A stretch of DNA of 64,000 nucleotides from Candidatus Zhuqueibacterota bacterium (GTDB lineage Bacteria; Zhuqueibacterota; Zhuqueibacteria; Thermofontimicrobiales; Thermofontimicrobiaceae). This document shows positions 37,665 through 47,585 of this stretch, in pieces (position 1 is the first letter of the stretch; every line of letters starts with the position of its first letter). Both the position numbers and the translations under genes were made by a program. The stretch covers positions 64,001-128,000 of the forward strand of contig JBMOPW010000032.1 in NCBI GenBank assembly GCA_049322915.1, in the 5' to 3' direction. The notes under the pieces were generated by a model, which was given only the letters and a program-made list of their open reading frames with translations, did not search any database and was not told the origin of the DNA.

Positions 37665-37780
37665 GCTACAAAGGCGCGAAGTCACAAAGAAAAAAAATAA
37701 TTATTCATGTGAATAGTAGAAAAGATAAAGTAACTATCGATTTTTTTCATGTTTTCTTAGAGTCTTCGAGTCTTCGCGGT
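37665..37780. repeat. Imperfect inverted repeat built from NCNCRAAG octamers (REP-like)
   Basis: GCTACAAAGGCGCGAAGTCACAAAGAAAA versus TTTTCTTAGAGTCTTCGAGTCTTCGCGGT. Confidence 0.5.
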
Positions 37781-37800
37781 AAAATAGTAAAAGGGTCGAT

Positions 37801-39063
37801 TTATAAAATTTCTCGCGGATCAGTGATCGTGCCTGTCAGCGCCGAAGCGGCGACCGTCGCCGGGCTGGCTAGGTAAATCTCCGATTCTTTACAGCCCATG
37901 CGTCCTTTGAAATTGCGATTGGCCGTGCTGAGGCACACTTCGTTGGGCGCGAGAACGCCCAGATGAGCGCCCAGACATGGGCCACAGCCGGTGGGAAGAA
38001 TGATCGCGCCGGCGTTGCTCAGCGTTTCGATATAGCCTAATTTGAGCGCCGCATTGAAAATCGAACGGGACGCCGGCAACACCAGAAATCGCACGTTGGA
38101 AGAGATTTTTTTGCCTTTTACCATGGCGGCGGCGATTTCAAAATCGCTCAATCGGCCGTTGGTACAGGTGCCAAGCAGACATTGGTGCAGTTCAATTCCG
38201 ACGACCTCCGAGATTTTAGCGATGTTGTCGACCGTGTGCGGTTTGGCCACCACCGGCTCCAGTCTGGATAAATCATAACTCCATTCGGAAATGTACGATG
38301 CGCCTTCATCCGCCCAGATTTTTTCGTAGCGGTCAGGCCCAATGCCCACAGATTTCAGGTAGGACCCGGCGCGCTCATCGATGGGAAACACCGCAACTTT
38401 GGCGCCCATTTCCACGCCCATGTTGGCAATGGTGATGCGGTCATCGATGGTCAAAGTGCGGATATCTCCGTGGAATTCAACAGAACAATAATTTGCGCCG
38501 TCGGCTTTGATATCGCCAATAATTTGCAGCACCAGATCTTTGGCAGAAACGCCGGTCGCGAATTTCCCTTGTAAATTAATTTTGATGCTCTGCGGCACTT
38601 TCAGCCAGGTCTCGCCGGTGAGCAGCAGCGCGGCGGCCTCGGTGCGGTCGATGCCGGTGGAAAAAACGCTCAGTGCGCCGTACGAGCAGGTGTGTGAATC
38701 GCTGCCCACGATGATGGTTCCCGGCACTGCAAATCCCTTTTCGATGACTATCTGGTGGCAGATGCCTTCGCCGGCATCGAAGAAATTTTTCAGGCCAAAT
38801 TTTTTGACAAATTCTCTCACCGCTTTATGGCCGGCGGCTGTTTTCTCATTCGCGGCCGGAACCACATGATCCAGAACAATCACGGATAGGTCGGTATTGA
38901 CCACACCGTATTTTTCCAGTTCCTTCCCTATTTTCCCGATAATTGCAGCGGTGTTGTCATGCGTCAGCAGGTGGGCCGGTCTCACCGTTACAATCTGGCC
39001 GGCGACAACCTGGCTCAACCCGGCGTGTTTTGCCAGCACTTTTTCAGCGAACGTTTTTGCCAT
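37801..39063 (-). CDS. 3-isopropylmalate dehydratase/homoaconitase family large subunit
   Basis: THD, LDH, GICHQ, DSHT, GTCTNGR, CGPCLG and STANRNF motifs. Confidence 0.92.
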   Translation of the reverse strand: MAKTFAEKVLAKHAGLSQVVAGQIVTVRPAHLLTHDNTAAIIGKIGKELEKYGVVNTDLSVIVLDHVVPAANEKTAAGHKAVREFVKKFGLKNFFDAGEGICHQIVIEKGFAVPGTIIVGSDSHTCSYGALSVFSTGIDRTEAAALLLTGETWLKVPQSIKINLQGKFATGVSAKDLVLQIIGDIKADGANYCSVEFHGDIRTLTIDDRITIANMGVEMGAKVAVFPIDERAGSYLKSVGIGPDRYEKIWADEGASYISEWSYDLSRLEPVVAKPHTVDNIAKISEVVGIELHQCLLGTCTNGRLSDFEIAAAMVKGKKISSNVRFLVLPASRSIFNAALKLGYIETLSNAGAIILPTGCGPCLGAHLGVLAPNEVCLSTANRNFKGRMGCKESEIYLASPATVAASALTGTITDPREIL

Positions 39064-39348
39064 ATTTTATCCTTCTCATTTTTCGTCGGTTGAATTGAAA
39101 AATGCGTTTATTTCATGTAAGCTTTGAATGGCGTACCAATGAATTTTGCATCATCTTTCTGCCCCGAAGACGCCAGGGCGCGAAGACTTCCCTGAGCAGA
39201 TTTTAATGCGCGACCCGGAAGAATTCGACAAGAGGAATTCTCCGGTACAAATTGTTTTATTTGATTTTTCGTCAGCTAAAATTCAGCGATGACACAGATC
39301 GGCGACCAATCGATGCCATTTAAAATCGAACTGTTTCCTGGATATAAA

Positions 39349-40914
39349 CTAAAATTTTCCGGTATACCTGGTCCATAAATCATCGCCCAATTGCCACCAA
39401 TCCCGAACAATCTGTTCCATGAAAGCGTTGCTGTACTCGGTCAGAAATTTCCTGGCTTTTTGGGGATTCTGCTGAAACAGGGTCGCTGCCTTTGCTTCGA
39501 TGGCTGATTGCCGGGAAAAAGCTCTCTGCTCGACGGCTGTCCTCGCGGAGTCCACGTCGACGCGCATCACGCCCCATTTTTGGGCGGCCAGGTCGGCCAC
39601 GCGATTGAACGCCCACCAGGCGCACTCCCGATTGAAGCCATCGCGGCCATTCACTTTGTAGGACGCTGGCACATCGGTAATACCCACGTAAATTGGCGCA
39701 TAGGCAGTCATGGCCGGGTTATCATATCCCAGCCAAACCAGACCACCGACCGGGTCTGGCAGCCAGCGCCGCGCCTGAGCGACGAACACGTAATTGCAGT
39801 AATATCGGGCAATGCAGCGCTCGCCCATCTCATTCCAGCCGCCATTGATGTTGAACAATGGCATCATATCATAATCCATGAATGGATTGGCATAGGGACT
39901 TTTGACCGCTTCGCCCTTTTCATTTTTAACAAGAATATTTTTGGTCATGTCGAACGGGGTATTTTCGAAGGTGTCCCGCATAATGGCCATCACATCATTG
40001 ACAGCGACCAGGCTGTCCGGCTTGACGGAAAAGGGGTAATTCTCGGAATTGGGATCAAGCTTCAACGACGGCGCCAGAATATCGAGGACGCGCCATTCCC
40101 TGCGGCGAGTGGCAAAGCTGGTGCGGCTGTCCGGCGCGTAGACATAGCAGAATTCAAAGGGCATACCGGTCTTCGGATCCCACCAACCGTAGCGCTGCGC
40201 CACATCGAAAACATTGTCCGATGCCATGAAATAATCGGGGTTGTCCAGATCGATCTGCCGGAGGCGGCTGCCATTGCCGTTCACGCTGACATGATCGTCC
40301 GGAACTCGCTGGGCAGCCCAGACAGCGCCGATCTGATCGTGGCCGCAGCCCAAAATTTCCAGACACCAGATCTCATTTTTATCGCCGATAGCGAGATGTT
40401 CGCCTTCATCGTTGTAACCATACTGGCGCGTCAGTTCATCGATGAGCAAAATCGCCTCCCTCGCTGTTTGCGCGCGCTCCTGAACCAGGCGGCACAGCTC
40501 CTCGATGGTGAACATGGCGTTTTTGTTGCGGAGCGTATCGCGCCCGCCAAAGGTGGACTCGCCAATCATCACCTGATTCTCATTCATGCACGGGTACGAG
40601 GTGTTGATGAACTGGAAGGTTTCGCTGACCTGAGGGATATTGCCGATGAAAATCGCTTTGGAAAGATCGGCAGGACTCTTTGTCAGTTTTGTGTTTTTGT
40701 AAATGGCGCACAACGAACCGGACCTGAATTTCTGATGCGGAATAATATTGAACCAGGTCCGCGATGTGCGGCTGTCCGAGGCATAGGCCACGATGACAGA
40801 ACTGTCTCTGGTGGCTTTTTTACCGGCCATTACTGTCGTGCAGGCCTGCGATTGAATCGGAAAAATTAGAATTTGAAGAAAGAAAAACAAAAGAATAGGT
40901 TTAAAAGTATTCAT
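39349..40914 (-). CDS. C69 family dipeptidase (secreted Ntn hydrolase)
   Basis: Signal peptide then CTT; MNENQVMIGESTFGG; AREAI; WAAQRVPDD. Confidence 0.88.
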   Translation of the reverse strand: MNTFKPILLFFFLQILIFPIQSQACTTVMAGKKATRDSSVIVAYASDSRTSRTWFNIIPHQKFRSGSLCAIYKNTKLTKSPADLSKAIFIGNIPQVSETFQFINTSYPCMNENQVMIGESTFGGRDTLRNKNAMFTIEELCRLVQERAQTAREAILLIDELTRQYGYNDEGEHLAIGDKNEIWCLEILGCGHDQIGAVWAAQRVPDDHVSVNGNGSRLRQIDLDNPDYFMASDNVFDVAQRYGWWDPKTGMPFEFCYVYAPDSRTSFATRRREWRVLDILAPSLKLDPNSENYPFSVKPDSLVAVNDVMAIMRDTFENTPFDMTKNILVKNEKGEAVKSPYANPFMDYDMMPLFNINGGWNEMGERCIARYYCNYVFVAQARRWLPDPVGGLVWLGYDNPAMTAYAPIYVGITDVPASYKVNGRDGFNRECAWWAFNRVADLAAQKWGVMRVDVDSARTAVEQRAFSRQSAIEAKAATLFQQNPQKARKFLTEYSNAFMEQIVRDWWQLGDDLWTRYTGKF

Positions 40915-40939
40915 TATGGTCACAATTTTTTATTTTACT

Positions 40940-41290
40940 TTATTCACTATTTTCTGTATTCAGAGTTTTTAACAGATTTTGAATTTTGATTTTTAAGTCA
41001 GGCAAGTCATTTACAATAACAGCCCAAACGATTTCTGCATCAATTTCGAAGTAGTTATGTACGAGAATGTTTCTCATACCGATAATTTTGTCCCAAGGAA
41101 TTTTATCGTATTGCCTTTTGAATTCTTTAGAGAGTCTCGCCCCAGCTTCACCTATAATTTGTAAATGGTGAATGATCCAATTTTGGATTAATTCTTCTCC
41201 TTCAAATTCTGACTTGCCGTATTGGGAGTATTTTTCAATCCGAGAAATTGCTTCATTGATATCAAAGATTCTTTCAATATCGTTCCTCAT
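40940..41290 (-). CDS. HepT-like HEPN ribonuclease toxin (DUF86)
   Basis: LQIIGEA, IPW and RNILVH (RX4H) motifs. Confidence 0.9.
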   Translation of the reverse strand: MRNDIERIFDINEAISRIEKYSQYGKSEFEGEELIQNWIIHHLQIIGEAGARLSKEFKRQYDKIPWDKIIGMRNILVHNYFEIDAEIVWAVIVNDLPDLKIKIQNLLKTLNTENSE

Positions 41291-41577
41291 AAAGGTTTTG
41301 CCTCCTTGAGTATTTTATCCCGAATCCGATTTCTCAGTCCTCTTTCGGTTACAATATCTACTTTTCGTCCAAGAAGATTTTCCAATTCTGTAGATAATCC
41401 CCCGAGGTCGAATAAACTTGTGCCAGATTCCACATCAACTAAAATGTCAATGTCACTTAAGTCATCATACTCATCTCGGGCTATAGAACCAAAGATTCTG
41501 ATATTGAATGCCCCATGTTTTTTGGAAATGGCAAGGATTTCATCTCTATTATTTTGAAGAAATTTTGCTAAAGTCAT
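41287..41577 (-). CDS. Minimal nucleotidyltransferase antitoxin (MntA-like)
   Basis: FGSIAR..SDIDILV and LLGRKVDIV; 4-nt overlap with the HEPN gene. Confidence 0.9.
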   Translation of the reverse strand: MTLAKFLQNNRDEILAISKKHGAFNIRIFGSIARDEYDDLSDIDILVDVESGTSLFDLGGLSTELENLLGRKVDIVTERGLRNRIRDKILKEAKPL

Positions 41578-41620
41578 TGGACTGTCACCAATTATTAATA
41601 AAATTACTGAACGAAAAGGT

Positions 41621-43432
41621 TTAATTTCCCAACAACCCTCCCCGCTGATATATTTCCAATTGAACGCTGGAAAATGGCTCGCCCTGAAACGTCTTCTGTT
41701 GCGTGATCAGCTTGATCAGCCCTGTCTCGAAATTCACCTGAATTTCCTCGCCGTCCTGAATTGTCGTTAGCGCCAGATCCGCCCGTAGAATGGGCATGCC
41801 GGCATTGATGGCGTTGCGCTCGTAAATTGCGCCGAACGATTCGGCGATGATGACCGATATGCCGAGGCTTTTGAAGCAATCCACGGCCTGCTGACGGGAA
41901 CTGCCTGCGCCAAAATTTTTCCCGGTGATGACAATGTCCCCTGGTCTGGCTTTTTTCGAAAAGTCCTCCCAGCCTTTGAGATTGTCAAATGTGTACTGGC
42001 CCATCTGGGTGATGTCCGTAATGGCCAGATAGCGGTTGTGAAAAATCATGTCTGTATCGATATTGTCGTGACGAATGACCCAGACCCGGCCCTGGACAGC
42101 TTTTGGTTTGGGACCGGCTGCTTCAACTTTTTTGTCCTCGGAACGCTGCTTTCGTTTGACAAGGCCGGATTGAAATAAAATGGGATTCCTCGGAATGCGC
42201 TTGGCGACGGTGATAATGCCGGCGCAGGCCGACGCGGCAACAGTCGCTGGCGAAGCCAGATAAACATCGCCTTTGCCCTGTTTGCCGGTGAAGTTCCGGT
42301 TCCCGGTGCTGATGGTGATCTCGCCGGGACCATTCTGCCCAATTTGTCCATTGGCGCAGCCAGCGCAGCCGGCATTGCCAACCAGCGCCCCGGCGTCTTT
42401 GAACACTTCAATGAGACCATCGTCCAGGCAGCGTCGCCAGACAGAGTCCGTGGCCGGGACGATTTTCAGCACCACGCCCGGCGCAATTTTCCGTCCGTTG
42501 AGAATGCGGGCAGCCTCCACCATATCTTCGTAACGGCCATTGGTACAGGAACCGATGAAGGCGGAGTCGATTTTGATGTCGGCGATATCGCACGTCGTGA
42601 TCACATCTTCCGGATGGCCCGGGCGGGAAATGAGCGGCTCCAATCCCTCAATATCCACCACCAGTTCGCGAAGGTATTCCGCATCCGGATCGGCGTAGAC
42701 TGGCGTCACCTTTTTGCCATTTGCGTGATTGCTATAATCGATGACTTCCTGATTGGGCGGGAAAAGCATGATGATGCCACCCATCTCCGTGTTCATGGAG
42801 GCAATGGTGATCCGCGCGGCCAGACCCAGTTCATCCACAATATCGCCATAGACTTCGGAGGCGCAGCCCAGGAGCCCGTTTGCGCCGGTCACGCGCAAAA
42901 TCGCCAGCGTGATGTCTTTCGCAGTGGCCAGGGGATTTGGCTTGCCCTTCAAAATAACCTTCACTGTGGGCGGGACTTTGAACCAGATCTTGCCATAGGC
43001 CCAGGCAGCGGCAATATCCTGATCGCCCATTCCCTGACCAAAGGCGCCTATCGCGCCCATGATGTTGGCATGGGAATCGGTGGAAATAAAGGTATCGCCG
43101 GGTTTCACCAGCCCTTTTTCAATGGCGATGTGCGTGCCAATTCCCTGGTCGACATCGAACAGATTGATCCCTGTCTCGCGGGCGAAGAGACGGCAGATGT
43201 GCTGATTGGTCGCGTATTTTTGATCCGAGCCACCCGGGTTACAGTCGAAAGTGAAATAGGTTTTCTCCGGATTGTCTATGGTCAGGTTGCTGTCTTTGAT
43301 ATTTTTAACGACATTCGCGCCGCCGAAATCACGCGCAACACGCGCATCGATGGCTACGTCCGCGATGTCGCCCGGTTTGACGGGTCTATTGCTATGAGAT
43401 TCAATAATCTTCTCGATGATTGTCTTACCCAT
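41621..43432 (-). CDS. Fused LeuC-LeuD/homoaconitase-type aconitase family hydro-lyase
   Basis: DSHA, GSCTNGR, CAGC and STGNRNF, then a linker and swivel domain (DNIDTD, NFGAGSSR). Confidence 0.88.
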   Translation of the reverse strand: MGKTIIEKIIESHSNRPVKPGDIADVAIDARVARDFGGANVVKNIKDSNLTIDNPEKTYFTFDCNPGGSDQKYATNQHICRLFARETGINLFDVDQGIGTHIAIEKGLVKPGDTFISTDSHANIMGAIGAFGQGMGDQDIAAAWAYGKIWFKVPPTVKVILKGKPNPLATAKDITLAILRVTGANGLLGCASEVYGDIVDELGLAARITIASMNTEMGGIIMLFPPNQEVIDYSNHANGKKVTPVYADPDAEYLRELVVDIEGLEPLISRPGHPEDVITTCDIADIKIDSAFIGSCTNGRYEDMVEAARILNGRKIAPGVVLKIVPATDSVWRRCLDDGLIEVFKDAGALVGNAGCAGCANGQIGQNGPGEITISTGNRNFTGKQGKGDVYLASPATVAASACAGIITVAKRIPRNPILFQSGLVKRKQRSEDKKVEAAGPKPKAVQGRVWVIRHDNIDTDMIFHNRYLAITDITQMGQYTFDNLKGWEDFSKKARPGDIVITGKNFGAGSSRQQAVDCFKSLGISVIIAESFGAIYERNAINAGMPILRADLALTTIQDGEEIQVNFETGLIKLITQQKTFQGEPFSSVQLEIYQRGGLLGN

Positions 43433-43502
43433 TATTCTCCTCCGCAGCAGTTAGCTTGTGAATTCATCCAATATGAAAAAGCTTGATTCAGGAACAGGGG
43501 AA

Positions 43503-43530
43503 AATATAAAAAAAATATTCTACAAATCAA
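43503..43530 (-). promoter_or_regulatory. Putative sigma70 promoter of the fused aconitase gene
   Basis: Minus strand TTGATT-N16-TATATT. Confidence 0.45.
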
Positions 43531-43613
43531 ACAAATTCTTTTTGGAAAATGAAACGCAAGGGGAGATTGAAGGAGCAGCTCAGGCGCGGGAAAAGCGGTC
43601 AGCGCTGAAGGAG

Positions 43614-43735
43614 CGATGCTGCGGGACACAGGGAAAGCGCCGGAGTGTCGCTGTGCGGCCATTCCCATCGCATTCGGAAATCGGTTCGGCTATGAGTCCA
43701 CGGTACAGCCAGTGGCGGCGGCTGATGCAGCATCG
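43614..43735. ncRNA. Candidate structured RNA (unassigned)
   Basis: GC-rich island in an AT-rich intergenic region; nested pairings CGATGCTGC/GCAGCATCG, CGCCG/CGGCG and GCTGT/ACAGC. Confidence 0.3.
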
Positions 43736-43746
43736 AAAATTCTATC

Positions 43747-43775
43747 TTGACATTCAGGAATATTTCAATTATTTT
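43747..43775 (+). promoter_or_regulatory. Putative sigma70 promoter of the decarboxylase operon
   Basis: TTGACA-N17-TATTTT. Confidence 0.5.
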
Positions 43776-43914
43776 ACTATTGAACAAATAGCGACCTGAG
43801 ACGTAAAGCAAGGGTGCCTGTAACTTCCAGCCGTGTCTGTAGATTCCCGCCATGTGAGAATAGAAATGTGGTGAGAGAGATAGAAATTTAAATTGAAAAA
43901 TGGAGGAGCGCATC

Positions 43915-45402
43915 GTGCAACAAAAAATGAGAGATGGATCAGAGGAGCCGCACCGCGACATGCTGCCGAACGAGTTTCAGGCGCATGCAAAGCAGGCTGT
44001 TGAGTGGATCGCCAACTATCTCGAAAATATGGACGCGTTTTCAGTGCTGGCAAAGACAAAGCCCGGGGATATCAAACGAAATCTGCCGGGAAATCCGCCG
44101 GACCGGCCTGTAAGTTTTGAGAAAATATTTCGTGATTTTGAAGCGCTCATCCTCCCCGGGATCACGCACTGGAATCATCCCCGGTTTTTCGGCTACTTCT
44201 CGGTCACCGGTTCATACCCCGGCATCATCGGCGAATTGCTGGCCAGCGCCCTCAATGTCAATGCCATGCTCTGGAAGACGTCGCCGGCCGCCACGGAATT
44301 GGAGGAGACCGTGCTCAATTGGCTTCGGCAAATGGTGGGATTGCCGGAACAGTTCGTCGGCGTGATCAATGACACTGCATCGGTGGGCAGTCTGTGCGCC
44401 TTGGCCGCGGCGCGGGAGTGGGCGAATTTTGACATTCGGCGAAAAGGACTGGCCGGTCGGACGGATATTCCGGCGCTGGCCATGTACACGTCAGTGGAAG
44501 CGCATTCATCCATCGAAAAGGCGGCCATTGTCCTCGGCATCGGCCAGGAAGGCATGCGGAAAATACCATCAGATGCCATTTACCAAATGGATGTCGCAGC
44601 GCTTGAATCAGCGATAAAAAACGATATGGCTGCCGGCATAAAACCAATTTGCGTCATTGCCACTCTCGGCACCACGTCGACGACCAGCGTGGATCCCGTG
44701 AAAAAAATCGCTGACCTGTGCCGGAAATACAGCGTGTGGCTGCACGTCGATGCGGCGTACGGAGGCGCTGCTGCGGTGCTTCCGGAAAAGCGCCATCTTT
44801 TCGACGGATGGGAACTGGCGGATTCCATCATTGTGAATCCGCACAAATGGATGTTCACTCCCATCGATTGCAGCGTGCTGTTCTGTCAGCGGCCCGAAAT
44901 ACTGAAGCAGGCATTCAGTCTGACGCCGGAATACCTGCGCACCGCAGAGGCGGATGAAACCATGAATTACATGGAATACGGCGTGGCTCTGGGACGCCGC
45001 TTCCGGGCGTTAAAATTATGGATGATACTCAGCGCATTGGGCCGCGAAGGCATCGTCGACGCCATCCGATCGCACATCGAATGTGCGCAGCGATTGAAAT
45101 CGAAAATGGAGGCGCATCCCGGTTTTGAATTATTGGCGCCGGTCCCGTTCAGCACACTGGTTTTTCGGTATTGCCCGGAAACAAGCCGCGGACAAAACGA
45201 TGAAGCGACCCTCGCCCGGATCAATGCATTGAACGAAACTCTGCTGGACAGGATCAATGCGACCGGGCGCGTGTTCCTGTCGCACACGAAATTGAAGGGC
45301 AAATATGCCATCCGGCTGGCAATTGGAAATTTGAAAACAACCTGGAAGGATATCGCGCTGGCGTGGGACATCATTCAACAAGAGGCTAACCAGTTGCAGT
45401 GA
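43915..45402 (+). CDS. Group II PLP-dependent (aromatic-L-amino-acid-like) decarboxylase
   Basis: PGITHWNHPRFFGYF, SPAATELE, HVDAAYGG, NPHKW and RFRALKLW motifs; GTG start after GGAGG. Confidence 0.9.
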   Translation: MQQKMRDGSEEPHRDMLPNEFQAHAKQAVEWIANYLENMDAFSVLAKTKPGDIKRNLPGNPPDRPVSFEKIFRDFEALILPGITHWNHPRFFGYFSVTGSYPGIIGELLASALNVNAMLWKTSPAATELEETVLNWLRQMVGLPEQFVGVINDTASVGSLCALAAAREWANFDIRRKGLAGRTDIPALAMYTSVEAHSSIEKAAIVLGIGQEGMRKIPSDAIYQMDVAALESAIKNDMAAGIKPICVIATLGTTSTTSVDPVKKIADLCRKYSVWLHVDAAYGGAAAVLPEKRHLFDGWELADSIIVNPHKWMFTPIDCSVLFCQRPEILKQAFSLTPEYLRTAEADETMNYMEYGVALGRRFRALKLWMILSALGREGIVDAIRSHIECAQRLKSKMEAHPGFELLAPVPFSTLVFRYCPETSRGQNDEATLARINALNETLLDRINATGRVFLSHTKLKGKYAIRLAIGNLKTTWKDIALAWDIIQQEANQLQ

Positions 45403-45473
45403 CGCGCGCGCCGACGGCGGGTTGCACTCCTTTTTTCTCACAACATGGATTGAGACGATTCAAAATTTTACTT

Positions 45474-46373
45474 ATGATGACATCACATTATTTCTACTTT
45501 CTCAGGCATAATATCGCAGCGAGGCTCTTCGGCCGGCGAAAGCCACTGTTAGCCGGATTCAAGATCACCTACCGCTGTACGCTGAAATGCCGCTCCTGTC
45601 CGTTCTGGCGAATGGACCCTGTATCTATTTCCTACGATGGCGCGATTCGCGTGATGGATTCTCTGGCCGGGCATGGCGTTCGGCTGCTCATCTTCGAAGG
45701 CGGCGAGCCGTTTCTCTGGCGAGATGGCGACTATTCGCTCGACGATCTGGTCGCCTACGCCAGACAAAAATTCTTCAGAGTCGGCATCACCACCAACGGC
45801 ACGTTGCCCATCAACTCTTCGGCGGATGTGGTGTGGGTCAGCATCGACGGACTGAAAGCGGCGCACGAACATAATCGAGGCCCGAGTTTTGAAAAAATTC
45901 TGGCCAATATCCGGCATTCACACCATCCAAAAATTCTGGCTAACCTGACCATTTCCAGTCTGAATGATGGCGAGATTCCTGAGTTGGTCAAATTTCTCAG
46001 GCCCATTGTGAAAGGCATGACCATTCAGTTCTATTATCCATTCCCCAATTCAGAAAATTTGTGGCTTCCGGAATATCGGCGGATTGCCGTACTCAATCAA
46101 TTAATTGCCCTCAAAAAACAGGGGTATCCCATACTGGATTCAGTGTCCACGCTCGAAGGATTGAAGAAAAATACCTGGCGCTGTCATGATTGGCTGATCG
46201 CCAGCGCCGAGCCGGATGGAAGGATAAATATTGGCTGCTATTTGAAAGACCGTGCGGAAATATCCTGTGAAAAATGCGGATTTGCAGCGCACGCAGAAAT
46301 ATCCGGGGCCTACGATTGGGACTGGGAAGCCATCATGGTTGGCCGAAAGACCTTTAATTTCCGAATATTTTAA
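45474..46373 (+). CDS. Radical SAM protein with C-terminal Cys-rich (SPASM/Twitch/DUF3463-like) domain
   Basis: CTLKCRSC, GGEP, TTNG, VSIDG; C-terminal C..GC..CEKCG. Confidence 0.85.
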   Translation: MMTSHYFYFLRHNIAARLFGRRKPLLAGFKITYRCTLKCRSCPFWRMDPVSISYDGAIRVMDSLAGHGVRLLIFEGGEPFLWRDGDYSLDDLVAYARQKFFRVGITTNGTLPINSSADVVWVSIDGLKAAHEHNRGPSFEKILANIRHSHHPKILANLTISSLNDGEIPELVKFLRPIVKGMTIQFYYPFPNSENLWLPEYRRIAVLNQLIALKKQGYPILDSVSTLEGLKKNTWRCHDWLIASAEPDGRINIGCYLKDRAEISCEKCGFAAHAEISGAYDWDWEAIMVGRKTFNFRIF

Positions 46374-46474
46374 CAGCGACATTGTCAGCGAATAAAAATT
46401 GATCGTGAAATTCATCAGGTTCCTATCCACTTTTATAGGATGAATCGGGCTAAAAACAATGTGAGGAAGACGGT

Positions 46475-47485
46475 ATGAAGAATCGAAAAATGCTTGTGGC
46501 GTTCATTGTGTTGGCGACAGTGATGGGCGTCGCCAGGCTGTTTGCCGCGGATGATCTTTGGCCGGAAATTCAGCCGTACACGACCGGCTATTTGAAAGTC
46601 TCGGAATTGCATAAAATCTACTATCAATTGGGCGGGAATCCCGAAGGAAAAGCCGTGATGGTGCTGCACGGCGGACCGGGCGCCGGATGCTCGACGCACG
46701 ATTTTCGTTATTTCAACCCGGAGAAATTTCACATCATTCTGCACGACCAGCGGGGCGCAGGCAAGAGCGAACCGTACGCCGAGCTGAGGGAGAACACGAC
46801 GCAGCATCTGGTCGGGGATATCGAGAGATTGAGGGCACACGTCAACGCGGACAAAGTGATTTTATTCGGAGGCTCATGGGGATCAACGCTGGCGCTGGCC
46901 TACGCTGAAGCCTATCCGGACAATGTGAGCGGCATTATTTTGCGCGGTGTTTTCACAGCGGCCAAAGCGGAAATCGATCACTTTTACCACGGCAATACCG
47001 CCACCTATTTCCCTGAAAATTTTGATATGCTCATGGGCCAGATTGATGCTCCGGAAAAGAAGAACTATCCGGTACAGTTATTGAAAAAAATTCAGAGCAA
47101 TGATGCGAAAATCAAAAATGAGGCTGCCAAAGCCTGGGCGCGCTACGAGGGGAAAATTGCATTTCTGGACATGCCGGATGATCGATTGGAGAAGATTCTG
47201 GAGCAGTGGCCATTCTACGCATTTTCCCTGATTGAAAATCACTACATGGCCAATGGATGTTTTTTGGCCGAACGCCAACTGCTGAACAATACCGATAAAA
47301 TTGCATCAATACCCACCATCATCATCAACGGGCGCTACGACGTGATTTGTCCGCCAATTACCGCCTACACCCTGCATAAAAAATTACCGCGGTCGACATT
47401 GTGGATCATTGAAGCCGCCGGTCATTCATCGAGCGAACCGGGCGTCAAAAGCGCGCTGGTTAGGGCGGCCAAAAAATTTGAATGA
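46475..47485 (+). CDS. pip: Proline iminopeptidase (S33), with signal peptide
   Basis: HGGPG, DQRGAGKS, GGSWGS, GRYD and AGHS motifs. Confidence 0.93.
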   Translation: MKNRKMLVAFIVLATVMGVARLFAADDLWPEIQPYTTGYLKVSELHKIYYQLGGNPEGKAVMVLHGGPGAGCSTHDFRYFNPEKFHIILHDQRGAGKSEPYAELRENTTQHLVGDIERLRAHVNADKVILFGGSWGSTLALAYAEAYPDNVSGIILRGVFTAAKAEIDHFYHGNTATYFPENFDMLMGQIDAPEKKNYPVQLLKKIQSNDAKIKNEAAKAWARYEGKIAFLDMPDDRLEKILEQWPFYAFSLIENHYMANGCFLAERQLLNNTDKIASIPTIIINGRYDVICPPITAYTLHKKLPRSTLWIIEAAGHSSSEPGVKSALVRAAKKFE

Positions 47486-47585
47486 AATGAAAATGATATG
47501 GACTGTTCATCTATCGGTAACATGGTGTCATTAGCTTTCTGTGCGAAATGTCTTGATTGCTGTGTACCTAATCTGGAGGAAGAAG

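Noticed and set aside
39508..40869. 453-aa plus-strand ORF
   Set aside because: Antisense shadow of the C69 peptidase; no recognisable motifs
42344..43486. 380-aa plus-strand ORF
   Set aside because: Antisense shadow of the fused aconitase-family gene
43628..43712. Cobalamin riboswitch or SRP RNA identity for the structured island
   Set aside because: Only fragmentary resemblance (AGGGAA, GAGTCC); the B12 box and SRP CAGG-GGAA-AGCA motifs are absent
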